Positions 11,390-24,456 of a stretch of DNA of 64,000 bases are shown here, piece after piece. Within the stretch, counting starts at the first letter, position 1; every line of letters starts with the position of its first letter. The position numbers and the translations under genes were made by a program. Source of the DNA: Octopus sinensis (lineage: Eukaryota); NCBI RefSeq assembly GCF_006345805.1, contig NC_043010.1:57784001-57848000 (forward strand), written 5' to 3'. The notes under the pieces are model-generated. The model was not told the origin of the DNA. It did no database searches and was given only the letters and a program-made list of their open reading frames with translations.

Positions 11390-11654
11390 TGTATGTATGT
11401 ATATACACACACATTCACCTGCACACTTATATAGCAACCCATTTGGATAGAGAGACTCCATACTAAAGTCACAGCCTGTCTAATTACTCTCTAGGTTCAT
11501 GAATTTATCAATTTCATTGTCCCTAGTTCCCAGGTTCAAGCTCATTCCACAGCAGTGACCTCGTTGGTCACCTAAAATAACTTCGACAATATAATTAAAG
11601 AAACACACACCTTTATTTTCACAAATTAAAAACATGGACATTGATATGTAATTT

Positions 11655-12185
11655 CAAGTTTTTCAACTGGCAAGGCCCTGTATACATTATGATACAAGCC
11701 TGGCCTTAGACAAGTTCTTCGACTGAAATGGGACTATATACATTATGGTACAGTCATGGTTTAGACAAGGTTCTTCAACTGTCAGGAGTCTGTATACATT
11801 ATGATACAGTTCTGGACTTAGACAAGTTCTTCAGCTTATATGGGTCTGTACATTATAAGATACAGTTCCAAGCTTAAAACAAGTTTTTCCATTAACGGGA
11901 AATTTTTTTTACAAGTTTGTTCTAAGCTTAAACAAGTTCTTCCACTGATGTGGAATATTATGTTACAAGGTTCAATCTCAAGCTGGTTGTTCCACTGGCA
12001 AAACATAAGAAGGTATTGTTCAAAGCTTAGGTAAGTTTTTCCACTAACATGGGACTGTTAGTCACATTGCATGTCTGTGTGTCTGTGTGTCACAATATTC
12101 TGTACTAAGCTTGAACAATATATGACAGTTTTTTTTACAACTTTCCAATCCAACGTCGGCTTAGACAAGTTTTTCAACTCAACAA
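11655..12185. repeat. Degenerate minisatellite, unit about 56 bp
   Basis: Recurring TACATTATGATACAG...CTTAGACAAGTTCTTC.ACT, about 8-9 units. Confidence 0.75.
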
Positions 12186-12765
12186 TGAAATATCAACTTC
12201 ACTGCAAAACTTCTGTTTGAAAATAGCTTTTTATGTATAGTTATTGTTGATGTTGTTGTAATTGATATTTAATTGTATGTGTAAGAGAGTGGGTGTGTGT
12301 TATGTGCATGTGTCTGTATGTCTGTGTGTGTTTGTGTGTGTGTATGGTCTAGCAGTTAGTGATCAGTGTGTGGCTGTGTCTGTGTCTGTGCATGTGTGTG
12401 TGTGTGTGTGCCTTGTTATATGTCTCATGTGACACAGCAATAATGTCTGAGTCAACTCCGTCCGCAATCAACTGAATCTAGTTAGATCACATCTGGCCAG
12501 TGTGGTTTATGTTGTTGTTATTGCTGCTGCTGTTGTTGTTGTTGTTGCTGTTGTTGCTGTAGTGGTTTTCGTCTTGCTGATGTCGTTACTGTTATAGTTA
12601 TTGATTTCTCTCACCAGGTGGCAGCACAGTTGACATCTCAGGAATGAACAAAATCCTGGAAATAAACAAAAAAAAAAATTCAGATCTGTGCAAAGGATAT
12701 GAACAACAAATGTAGGAATATGTGTGTTTATATATATATATACATACATACATATACATACACAC

Positions 12766-12816
<51 letters not shown>

Positions 12817-12930
12817 TATATAATATATATATACACACACATATATATATACACACACACACACATATATATAAATATATGTACATATATGTATGTATAT
12901 ATGTATATCTATATATATACACACACATAC

Positions 12931-12978
<48 letters not shown>

Positions 12979-13011
12979 TACACACACATACATATATATA
13001 TAAAAATCATC

Positions 13012-13175
13012 ATTATCGTCATCATTTAATGTCCGTCTTCCATGTTGGCATGGGTTGAATGGTTTGACAAGACCTGAGAAGCCAGGGAACTGAACCAACC
13101 TCCACTGTCTACTTTGGCATGCTTTTTACACCAACCACCTTACCGAGCAGAATGGGTGCTTTTCACCTGCCACCA
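13012..13175 (-). mobile_element. RTE 3'-end copy
   Basis: (CAT)n-CATTTAATGTCCGTCTTCCATGTTGGCATGGG terminal module. Confidence 0.75.
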
Positions 13176-13557
13176 GCACTATAGATGGACGGATGGATGG
13201 ATGGATAGAAAGGCAGACAGATCGATAAATATATAGAAAAATAGATAGATAGATAGATAGATAGAGAAAGAAATGTATGTATACACAGAGGTTCACACAT
13301 ATGCATATGCACACACATTTACACATATATGATTCAATAGCACTATGTACAAACTTTATACTTGGAATGACCAATTTTAAATACTATTGGATTTTACTCA
13401 CAAAGTATTAGAATCTTATATGAATACCATTCTGCCTAAATAATGGATCTACAAATGCAATATCTCTGCATATCTCACATCAGTTTTCATTCTTCCACTT
13501 CACTCTCTATTTTGTATCTTATCTAAATTAACTATTGCTTAACCATTTTCTCACACC

Positions 13558-13605
13558 GTCTCCAATGAAGGGATATAATAAATATTCTGGAAACAGCTGT
13601 AAGAC
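13558..13605 (+). ncRNA. Degenerate hammerhead motif
   Basis: GTCT-CCAATGA-AGGGATA..TATTCT-G-GAAA-CAGCTG-TA-AGAC: stem I GTCT/AGAC intact, core CUGAUGA altered to CCAAUGA. Confidence 0.55.
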
Positions 13606-13687
13606 CTATTTATAAATGTTCTAAAATCTTCACAGCCTTGGTTTTTTATCTCATTCTGAAAAAAAAAATTACATATATATATATATA

Positions 13688-13900
13688 TCATCATCATCAT
13701 CATCGTTTAACGTCCATTTTCCATGCTAGCACGGGTTGGATGGTTCAACCGGGGTCTGGGAAGCCAGGAGGCTGCACCAGGCTCCAGTCTGATCTAGCAG
13801 TGTTTCTACAGCTGGATGCCCTTCCTAACGCCAACCACTCCACGAGTGTAGTAGGTGCTTTTTACATGCCACCAGCACAGAAGCCAGTCGAGGCAGCACT
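13688..13900 (-). mobile_element. RTE 3'-end copy
   Basis: (CAT)n-CGTTTAACGTCC...GGATGCCCTTCCTAACGCCAACC; (TA)n on both sides. Confidence 0.85.
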
Positions 13901-13997
13901 GGTGTCAGCCTATATATATATATACATATATATAAAACCACATGTGAATCATTGGCAATTTTCTTTCTCTGTCTTCCTTTCTATTGGACTTTCCTCT

Positions 13998-14032
13998 GTT
14001 TCTGAAGAAGAGCATTGCTCAAAATGTTAAAC
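13998..14032 (+). ncRNA. Minimal hammerhead motif with two CpG-type substitutions
   Basis: GTTT-CTGAAGA-A-GAGC-ATT-GCTC-AAAA-TG-TT-AAAC; restoring two CpGs gives GCTC-GAAA-CG-TT and a complete fold with stem I GTTT/AAAC. Confidence 0.65.
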
Positions 14033-15015
14033 CATCTTTCTTCCCTTCCCTGAATGTCTGCTAATACTTTACATGTACCACATCCTCATGTTGCTGTGTT
14101 TCTTTTTGGGGATTTACTATATATATATATGTATGTATATATATATATACATATATATGCACACTCATCATCAACATCAGGTAAACATCTACTTTTCCTT
14201 GCCTGCGTGGGTCAGATGAGAACATGGTGAGGCGGAGCTTTTCTACAGCCAGATGCTCTTCCTGTCCCTAACCCTCATTTGTTTCCAAAACAGCCTTTCA
14301 AACCACTAACAGCCTTTTCCTTACAAAAGTCGCACAGCATGTCAGGAATTCTGGACTTCTTTTCATGGTGGACTGTAAACCAACGACACCAAAATGAAGC
14401 CATTGTTACAAAACCGGTAAACCTTTTGCCATCTTAGATAAAAGACAGATTACAAATACACAGTGTAATCACAGATTACGAATGAATAAATGATGAGATG
14501 GTCAGAAGCAGGGCTAAACACTGCCTTTTCATCTAGCAACCTGTTTATCCATCTTTGTCACCCACTGTTCTGCATGAGGATCTTGGGAGCAGGGTCCTCA
14601 GACACACCCTCCAGTGGACCCTATTGTGGCCTTTGACAGATCTCCCTGGGTCTCCAAAACAAGGCCTACTGAGGCTATGGCTACCATCTCATTCTCTTGC
14701 TTGTCATCAACCCTTATGTCTCCTGTCAATTGATGTTGCTAGTAAAATCTGTCTGGCATTTCTTTCCTCTGACATTTTGACCATTCTAAGCCTTCAGTAC
14801 CAGAGCTATGGCCTCACAACATGGAGCAATAATGGCTCAACTGGGAACCACCTCCTACTGAGTAAGGAAGCCTTTGCAAGAACTACATTTCAGCCACTTT
14901 TAGGTCCACAACCAGACTCTTTTGGTCGCAATCGAAACCTGTTAAACACCAAATAATATAATCCCCTGACACAGCAAAGACAAAGGAATATCCAAAGAAT
15001 ATTCCCTGAATATGG

Positions 15016-15236
15016 TTAATCCTTAAGCATTTAATCTGGTCACATTCAGCCAAAATATTTGACCTGTGTTATGTTCAAACTGACCAGCTTCTCACATCTA
15101 CTTTACAATATCATTCTAAAAATAAACAATCACATCATCAAAACTTTGAATCTGCAAGAAAATGCAGGATTAATTCAAAACAATGTGAATAAACGAATAT
15201 TCCATTTGACAGAATAATCTGGAAGCTAAAAGGTTC
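15016..15236 (-). mobile_element. piggyBac-like MITE family B, diverged
   Basis: TTAATCCTTAAGCATTTAATCTGG...GGAAGCTAAAAGGTTC; reverse-complement homolog of 15297-15522. Confidence 0.6.
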
Positions 15237-15296
15237 AGCACTAACATCAACTAAACTCATGAATCAATCATGTACGGTAGCAAAAACTGAAGTGGA

Positions 15297-15522
15297 TTAA
15301 CTGTTTTAGCATTCAAATTCCTCTCTCAAATGCTATATTTATTTATTAATATTGTTTTCAGTTAATCTTGGATTATCTCATAGCTTTGAGATTTCGATAA
15401 GGTGATCATTTACTTTTGGAATGACATTGTAGGGAAGGTGTGAGAAGCTGGATCTTGGCAGTTTTAACATGAAAGTGGAATATTTGAGCTGGATATGACC
15501 GGTTTAAATGCTAAAGGGTTAA
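15297..15522 (+). mobile_element. piggyBac-like MITE family B
   Basis: TTAA|CTGTTTTAGCATTC...AAATGCTAAAGGG|TTAA. Confidence 0.7.
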
Positions 15523-16725
15523 AACAGCTCATTGAAGACAAGAGTTTAATTGAAACAGTCAAAGAGTGATTAACATGGAATCACACTGAACGGGGAAGAA
15601 TGTGGAGATGTGTAAGTTTTATTAAAAAACTCAAAATGAGTTAGAGTGGACGACAATGTGGTGGTTGTTGTCATAGTAACGTGTTTATTACTGTGGCAAA
15701 CATCAGCAGGTGTGGGGAACAACATTCAACATCCATCAGTTGAGTGACAGCAAAAAAAAACAACAAAAATTCAAAGAGACAGAGGAAAGGAGAGCGAAGG
15801 AGAGCAAGAGGTGGGGGAGAAGCATGAAGTGGAGGGTCTGCAGGATTGAGAGTGAGTGGGGTGTGTGGAGGGGGTATGAAATGAGAAAGAAGGAGAAAAA
15901 GAAGAAGAAGAAGAAAGCAAGGAGAGAATAGTGAATAAGTTGTGGAGTTTCTTGAGCAAAACACAGGGAATTATATTCCATATTTGGAAATATTCAAACA
16001 CCTTAATACCATGAAATATATCAAGTTTTGTATAGAATCTGATGGTGATGAAGGTCAAAGTGTTAAAGAGCAGGTGAAGATGTTGTTGTTAGTAGTGGTG
16101 GTGGTGGTGGTGGTGGAAGCCAGGTGAATCTCAAGAGTTTTAAGAAAGAGATGAAAGAGAAAGGAGAGGAAAAGCAAGAAAGATAAGGAAAGAGAGAGAG
16201 AGAGAGAGAAGGATGACGATAAAATGTGATGGGGTTGGTGTGTGTGTGTGTGTTAAAGACATGAAGGGAATTTGGTTATAGTTCCAGTAAATTCTGTAAT
16301 TGCTGCCACAACTCTTCAGCAGCGGCGACGACAACCATTGATCAGAAGAGATAATGTGAAATGTTATTTAAAGATTCATTTTTAATAGAAACTCTCAAGG
16401 AAAGCGTGTGAGAAAATGGTCGTGTTTATTGCAACTGGGGAAATTATTTTTCAAGAAATGCAGCTATTTATCAGCGCCATGAATAACCTGCGCCAACCCT
16501 AAACCTCAACACACCAACACCCCTGCCTCTATCACACACACAGACACAGTAACAGACAAATACACATGCACTCTCTCTCTCTCCTCTCTCTCTCTCTCCC
16601 TTTATCGTTCAATCTCTCTCTTTCTCTCCTTCTGCTTATCACTCAATATATTTCTCTTTTTTCTCTCTCTCTCTCTCTCTCTCTTTCTTAATGTCTGTGT
16701 ATCCCTCTCTCAATCTTTATTTACA

Positions 16726-16757
<32 letters not shown>

Positions 16758-17969
16758 ACCTTCCTCTCTTTTTCTCTGTCATTCTTTGTCTCTGTTTTTC
16801 TATCTCTTCTCCATCTCTCTTTGCCTATCTCCAGGCTTCATCGTCACCACCACCACCACCACCATCATCATCATCATCGTCGTCCTCATCATCACCATCA
16901 TCATAATCATCTTTGTCACTTTCATCATCATCATCATCAAAAGAGACACACTCTCTCTTTTGTGCCTCACAAGTGTTGTTCCTTTCACAAAGTTCAAAAT
17001 CTGATTTATTGCTGCTGCTGCCGATGATGATGATGACGATGATGCTGATGATGATGATGATGACGATGATGGTGATTGCTAATATTCATGGCAGGTGTCT
17101 AGAAAGCCGGGGTCGTCTGGTGATGGCGGTGGCCTTGGTGGGGCCAGCAGTGGTGGTGGTATTCACTATGCAGTATTTACAAGCTGATGACGATGATGAT
17201 GATGATGATGTTGATGGCGGTAGTGGTAGTTTAGGGAGAAGCAAGAGGGACGTTTGTGTGGGAGACAGAGAGGGGAAGGAGAGAGAGAGAAAAAAGAGAT
17301 AAGGTGGGGAACACAAAGAGGAAGAGTAAGAGGCGTAGATGGGTTGCTGGGGAGGGTGCAGAAATAAACTCTTCGGAACATATTTTGATAAATATCCCCC
17401 CTCCCCCTTTCCAGATGGTGGCAGGAGGAGTGGTTTGAGGTGAGACGTAACTCTTGAGGGTCATGTGTGTGTGTGTGTGTGTGTACACACATATTTGTAT
17501 CTTTCTGTCTGTCTATCTATCCATGTATACGTGTGTGAATATGTATGTATGCACACGTATGTATATGAGCACATATTGCATAGTATGTGTGTGTGTGTGT
17601 TTTTAGTGAAGCAAAAGATTTCTGCAAAACATGTAACTCATGAGAGAGATTCCAGAACTGGAAAATATGTGACTATTATTACTATAATGTAACCAAAAAC
17701 TGGGTCTTTGGATACACAAGTAAGCACGCACACACACACACACTGTCATCTCAACAATAACACCTGTTAATTTCTGCCCCTCCTCCAGGACCTCAGAAGA
17801 CATTGCAAATGAGTGGTTTCCTCTGTTTCTCCTAGTTGTGTTAACCCTAACCCATCCTAGAGATGACACAGGCTAGACATTTGCTAGCATCAACAATGAG
17901 ATTACGTGACATTCATGCTTTTCTTTAGAGCAAATGTTTTCAGCCAGTGTCCTGTAACACACGCTGCTG

Positions 17970-18017
<48 letters not shown>

Positions 18018-18249
18018 CACCATCCGATTGTGGCCATTTGCCAGCCTCGTCTGGCACCTGTGCAGGTGGCACGTAAAAAGCACCCACTACACTCACGGAG
18101 TGGTTGGCGTTAGGAAGGGCATCCAGCCATAGAAACATTGCCAGATCAGACTGGGCCTGGTGCAGCCTTCTGGCTTCCCAGACCGCAGTTGAACCGTCCA
18201 ACCCATGCTAGCATGGAAAACGGACGCTAAACGATGATGATGATGATGA

Positions 18250-18252
<3 letters not shown>
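18018..18252 (+). mobile_element. RTE 3'-end copy in a (TA)n tract
   Basis: One 58-bp module, terminal module and (GAT)n tail, with (TA)n on both flanks. Confidence 0.88.
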
Positions 18253-18285
<33 letters not shown>

Positions 18286-19005
18286 CAGCATTGATATAGT
18301 GTAAAGAATTATTAATTTAATAATTAATAATTTTACCAAGTAGATTGGTATGGAAAAAAACCCCATTATCGGTAAAAACTTATACAGAAAGTTTTTTTTT
18401 ATAACTATAAACATAATTAAGGGATCAGCAAAAGTTGCTTCACCACATACTGAAATTTAGAAATAGCAGTCAAACTACTAATTCTTCTACTACAATATAT
18501 CTCCACAGACAGCAATACTCGTAACTCACATAGGCAAAAAGAAGAAAAAATAACGAAATCAACCAGCCTTGGTTAATCGTGTACGTGTTTCGGGATTAGA
18601 CTGGTGTAAAATTCATTTCCTTCTTCAACATGATATTCCAGATTATAAATCTGAAAATGCTAACAAATCCATGCATGCTCGATCAAGCGACATCGAACAT
18701 AAGAGGAACGGCATTTCCGAATTTGTAAAGACAAGTAATTCCATATCCATCCTGAAGTTCGCCATGTGCGTCATATATATATATATTTCCAGGTGATGTT
18801 GTTGGCCTGGGACAATAACAGTCAAAACCTATCTGGAGGGCCAGCTGCAGCTATGGTGTAACAAGTCAGAATATGCCAGGTGCACTGCTGCATGTGTATT
18901 TCTTTGCAGAAAAGTGCAGTACATGCACTCATCTGTGTTTCAAAATAATGTTTATAATTACAAAAGAACAAACATTTTCAGCAGCCAATATTGTTTTGGA
19001 ACAGG

Positions 19006-19223
19006 TGAACCCCTTTGCGCTCAGATTACTCTGTCAAATGTAATCCTTATTTAATCCCATTGATTTGGATTAATCCTGTATTGTCTCATGGCTCTGAGAT
19101 TTCAATGATGGGCTTGTTTGATTTTTAAAATGACATTGAGAGAGGCCAGATCTGACCAGTTTCAACATAAAACGTGTGGAATATGTGGACCAGATACGGA
19201 CATTTGAAACGCTAAAGGGTTAA
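19006..19223 (+). mobile_element. piggyBac-like MITE family B
   Basis: TGAACCCCTTTGCGCTCAG...GAAACGCTAAAGGG|TTAA; body homologous to 15297-15522. Confidence 0.7.
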
Positions 19224-20468
19224 ACATGGACCAAGATGTAGAGAGATAAAAGTTGAAAATCCCAGCCGTAGAGTAAATCTGTGTTGGGGATTGAAACAAG
19301 AATGCTGGTCTGGCTTTTAAACAGGATAACCATGTAGTCTGGGATCTTTACTTTCTGATTACAAATCTTGCAGAGACCAACTTTGCTCTTTGTCCTTCCT
19401 GGGTTAACAAAGGAAATTTATGAGTCAGGAAGTGGGAGTCAGCCTTAAACAACTGCTTTCTCTCTCTCTCTCTCTCTCTCTCCTGGAGTATTTGTGGTTT
19501 TGGCTTTATGTCAACCATCAATACAACAGATGGGTGAGGGCCTTTGGGTTTATTTCAACCATCAACATAATAAACATGTTAACTTACCCCCTAGCAGCTG
19601 CTAGTTGGGGTAGAACATTAGGGCGTTGGATGGAATGGCAAGTGGCAAATGTTCTGAATCTGTTATATCTTGGGTTAAGGGTTCAATTTCTTGTATTGTT
19701 GAGGGCTAATCAGATGTGAACCATGGAACCATGATTAATGGGTTGTAAAGCAGTAATGGGGGTGGAGTTAAGGGTTAAATGTTGTTGAACAATGATGTTG
19801 GTCAAGAGACTGAAGAGATGGGGCTATGCTGTGTGTGTGTGTGTGTGTGTGCAGTAGGGATATCAACGGTGAAGGGCTTGTCTGTGTAACAGGATTAAAT
19901 CAAGACTTGTTACAAATAATCTGAATAGTTTTGTAAATAGATTTTCCATCCTCATCTTTGCCTTTTACTTTTTACTTGCTGCCTCCCATCCATCCTCTTC
20001 CCCCCTTCCCCTCCTACTCCTAAATTATCATTCTCTTCATCACCAATATCGTTATCACCACCACCACTACCATCATCACCACCACCATCATCATCACCAT
20101 CATCTTCATCGTTATCATCATCATCAGTCTAGTTAATAAATGTATATATAGTAAGGTCACCTTGCTGGCCACTGCCCCACCTCCAGCACTCTGCCACGCT
20201 TCACTCCATTCGGGTTCGTTGGGTCGCTGCTGGGTACGTAGTGTGTCGTGGAGGTAGTTGGTGAGGGTGGCTGCTGTGTTGTGTTGGCTCACCTCACCAG
20301 AGGTGACGGCTATGGGCTGATGGTACATCTGAAGGCCAAGACAGAAAGTATAGACATATATATATATCACTGATCACACATTACATCAGTAACCTCATAC
20401 ATATTGAATGCCACACACACACACGTACATACTTACATACAAACATACACACACACACACACGTATAT

Positions 20469-20522
<54 letters not shown>

Positions 20523-20574
20523 CACACACACCACACACACACATATATATACACACATATATATTTATACATAG

Positions 20575-20637
<63 letters not shown>

Positions 20638-21044
20638 TATATATACACACACACACACATATACACACACACACCTAGCTACTACTTAGAGTAGTATCTA
20701 GGTATATGTATGTATGCACTCCCACCATTCAAACATTTATATACATACGTACATACATGTATGTATATATATATGCATGTATATCTAAATATATTACAAA
20801 CATACATGTATGTTTAAACAGACATATACATATGTATATTTACATATGTGTATTGACACATACATATAATATCACAGACACACACACATATATGTATACA
20901 TAGCAAGAGCATGTAAGAACATGTGACATGCTTATATTTAATGACTTTCTGAAAATGCTGTTGATGATGATGATGACGACGACGACGACCACAGTGGCAA
21001 TGACAATGATGATGATGGTGGTAATGGAGGTGGTGTTGATGTAA

Positions 21045-21362
21045 AAAGAAAAGGGGTAAAGAATCCCTTTGGTCATGACTGACCATGGGACTGCACCTGG
21101 AAATTTACCCTCCGAGGCACAGGTCCAGGCAAGGTTGTTTATGGAAGACCAGCAGTCACCCATGCATACCGGCCTCCCCCCCTCCTCATGCCATTGATGT
21201 TATACAAGAGAAGGGCAAAGGGGCCAATACAGCTTGGCACCTGTGACATCACAACATGAAAATAGAGTGTCCTGCTCAAGATCACAACACACAGCCTGGT
21301 CCAAGACTCGAACTCACTACCTCATGATTGTAAGCCTGACACTCTAGCCACTGAGCCATGTA
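21045..21362 (-). mobile_element. tRNA-derived SINE
   Basis: Minus strand CATGGCTCAGTGGCTAGAG...GAGTTCGAGTC (boxes A/B), then GTGTTGTGATCTTGAGCAGGACAC. Confidence 0.7.
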
Positions 21363-21496
21363 AGTATAATTACATGGCTTAGCAGCTAATCCATAATTAG
21401 AATTTAATGAAGAGATTTCATCACATCAAAACTTATGGTCTGGATTGTGGGAGACTATCAAAGTCTCAATGTGGGAACGTTTACTTCAATATGTTT

Positions 21497-21708
21497 GTTT
21501 ATATGGATGTGGATGTGGTTTTTATTGATGTGGGTGTGATCTATATGGATGTGGGTGTGGTCTATATGGATGTGGGTGTGGTTTATATGGATGTGGGTGT
21601 GGTTTATATGGATGTGGGTGTTGTTTATATGGATGTGGGTGTGGTTTATATGGATGTCATAGTTTATATTGCTGCAGGTAGGTGTAGTTTATATGGATGT
21701 GGGTGTAG
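21497..21708. repeat. 21-bp minisatellite (TATATGGATGTGGGTGTGGTT)n, about 10 units
   Basis: Direct inspection; the central units are near-identical and the edges decay. Confidence 0.92.
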
Positions 21709-22365
21709 CTTAAATGATTGACGGTTTGAATATTGTGACTTGTACTTGCTCATTTTCATATTTTGGGGTTTATAATGATGTGAGTGTATTCTAATGCATA
21801 ACATAAGGGATCTCAAGAAACATTATCCGGTTCCATTTAAATATTAATGGTGTTGCAAAACATGTAAATAGAGCAAAATATATTTACATTCAATGTTTAC
21901 ACTCGGCAAGAGCAGTAAATTGGTGAAATTATTAAGGCACCAAAAGAAAATAATTTGTGATATTTGATGCAGTCTGAGTTCAAATCAAATCAAGGTCAAT
22001 ATTGCCCTTTATCCCCCCTGGGTCAATTCAGTAAAATACCAGTCAAATAACTGGGTTGGTCACATAAACTAACCTCTCCCACAAACTTCTCTGTTTTGTT
22101 CTCTGATAACAAATATCATTTGCTCTTCACTTCTCCCTATTCTGTAACTGTAACATGTTTGGTCCCTTAACGAAACAACAACAATAACGATGTTGTCTTA
22201 CAGTGTTCATTTAACAATTTGTATTCTGCCCAAATTGATGTGAATTATGTAACATGAAATAAAATATACCATTTAATTAGTGTATCTAAATTGATTGTGA
22301 GGTTAACAAGATCACAAGTTCAACAGAGTTGGGGTTTTCATATTTGTCTGTCTATTTGTGTTTTT

Positions 22366-24456
22366 GAGGGTGTTTGGAAATGCCACTATGAAAGGTTACT
22401 AAATGAAGAGAATGAATGGGAGGAGGAGAGTCTACTAAATGTTGACCCAATTGAGGGACAAGCTACCCGAATCGACAGTTCCTTGGTAGATAAAGCAATT
22501 AAGGATATGAAGACGGGGAAAGCCCCTGACCCATCAAGAATCACTGCTGAGATGCTTAAAATATCTGGCTGTGTGGGTAATGGTCTTGTCACCCATATTG
22601 TAAATCAGGTGATTCATGAAGGAGTCATACCCAATGACTGGTGCAGCAGCACTAAAGTCATATGCTACAAAGGTGAAGGTGATACCTTAAATAGAAATAA
22701 TTACAGAGGGATCAAACTGTTGGATCAGGTGATGAAAGTTATGGAGAGGGTCATAGCCCAACTAATTAGGGAGAGAGTTAGTTTAGATGAGGTGCAGTTA
22801 GGTTTTGTGTTGGGAAGAAGCACCACTGATGCTATATTTCTGGTAAGGCAGCTGCAGGAGAAATATCTAGCCAAAGATAAACCTATGTCAACTTTTGTTG
22901 ACCTGGTCAATGTAGAAACTAGGGATAGACAAGCGGTTGGTGAGAGTTGTACAGGGACACTACCAGTAAGGTGAGGGTTGGCAATGAGTACAGGGAAGAA
23001 TTCAAGGTACAAGTTGGGGTTCACCAAGAATTGGTCCTCAGCCCCCTCTTGTTCATCATAGTCCTCCAGGTGATGACAGAGGAATTTAAGACATGCTGCT
23101 CCTGGGAGTTCCTCTATGCTGATGACTTTGTTCTTATAGCTGAATCACTGCCAGAACTAGAGAAAAAGTTCCAGGTATGGAAGCAAGGTCTAGAATCAAA
23201 GGACCTTAGGGTTAACCTAGCAAAAACCAAAGTCTTAGTGAGTAGGAAGGCAGACAAATCACAAATCCCTTCAGGTAGATGGTCCTGCTCAATCTATAGA
23301 AGAGGCTTAGGTAGAAACTCCATAAGATGTACCTGGGCACATAAGTTGTGCAGCAATATCAGAGGAAGGTTAACAGGGAAAAAAGCTTTTGTGTGTAGAA
23401 GATGCACAGGTACAATAAACACTGAAAATGTACAGAAAATGGACTCCATCAACTGCCAGTGGGGTAAGCTAGAGTTTGTAGATAGCTTCCATTATCTAGG
23501 TGACCAAGTTAGCAGCAGAGGTGGATACCCAGAGAGTGTAGCTGATAGAATAAGAATAGGCTGGGCAAAGTTCAGAGAGCTCCTACCTCTACTGGCAACA
23601 AAAGGCCTCTCTCTCAGAGTGAAAGGCAAATTGTATGCAGTATGTATGTGAACATGGGCTGTGACAGCTGAGGACATGCATAAGTTTGAAAGAAATGAAG
23701 CTAGTATGCTTCACTGGGTGCCAGTGTGCATGTATGACAGAGTGTAAGCATCTTAAGAGAAAAGTTGGGCATAAGAGACATCAGATGTGGTGTGCAAGAG
23801 ACACAATACTGCACTGGAATGGTCATGTGATGCATATGGACGAGGACAGCTGTGTAAAGAAGTGCTGATCTCTAACTGTGGAGGGAACCTGTGGTAGAGG
23901 TAGACCCAGGAAGACATGGGATGAAGTGGTGAAGCATGATCTTTGAACTTTGAGCCTCACAGAGGCAATGACTAATGACCGAGACCTTTGGCGATATGCT
24001 GTGCATGAGAAGACCCGTCAAGCCAAGTGAAATCGTAGTCATGACTGATGCTGGTGTCATGCAACTGGCACCCATGCCAGTGGCACATAAAAAGCACCTT
24101 TCAAGCGTTGGGCCTCATGGAGGGAAAGTGGCATGTGAAAAGCTCCTTTCAAGTGTTGGTCCTCACGAAGGCAATGAGCAAGATCTTTGGCATTATGTCA
24201 TGCTTGAGAAGAAGAGCCATCAAGCCAAGTAAAATCGGAGTCATAGCAGATATCGGTGTCACGCAAATGGCACCTGTGCCAGTGGCATGTAAAAGCACCG
24301 ATTGCATTCTCAGAGTGTCTGACGTTAGGAAGGGCATCCAGCCATAGAAACCATGCCAAAACAGACTGGAGTCTGGTACAGCTTTCCAGCTTGCCAGCCC
24401 TGGGCAAACTGTCCAGCCCATGCCAGCATGGACAATGGATGCTAAATGATGATGAT
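22366..24456 (+). pseudogene. 5'-truncated, decayed RTE-clade LINE (RT domain to (GAT)n tail)
   Basis: WKCHYERLLNEENEW...KGEGDTLNRNNYRGIKLL...QLGFVLGRSTTDAIF...LSPLLFIIVL...FLYADDF...FHYLGD; several frameshifts and stops; terminal module at 24290-24456. Confidence 0.92.

Noticed and set aside
12507-13098. Overlapping ORFs rich in Y/I/H/T/C/V (also 20381-20689, 31755-32150, 49000-49614)
   Set aside because: Translations of (TA)n, (CA)n and (GT)n microsatellites.
16786-17316. Poly-His, poly-Met and poly-Asp ORFs and facing (CAT)n/(GAT)n tracts
   Set aside because: Simple trinucleotide repeats with no domain or splice support; their complementarity is expected by chance given their abundance.
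18540-18830. CpG-rich unique segment with short ORFs, considered as a downstream protocadherin exon
   Set aside because: No convincing acceptor with a phase-0 open frame and no recognisable motif; left unassigned.
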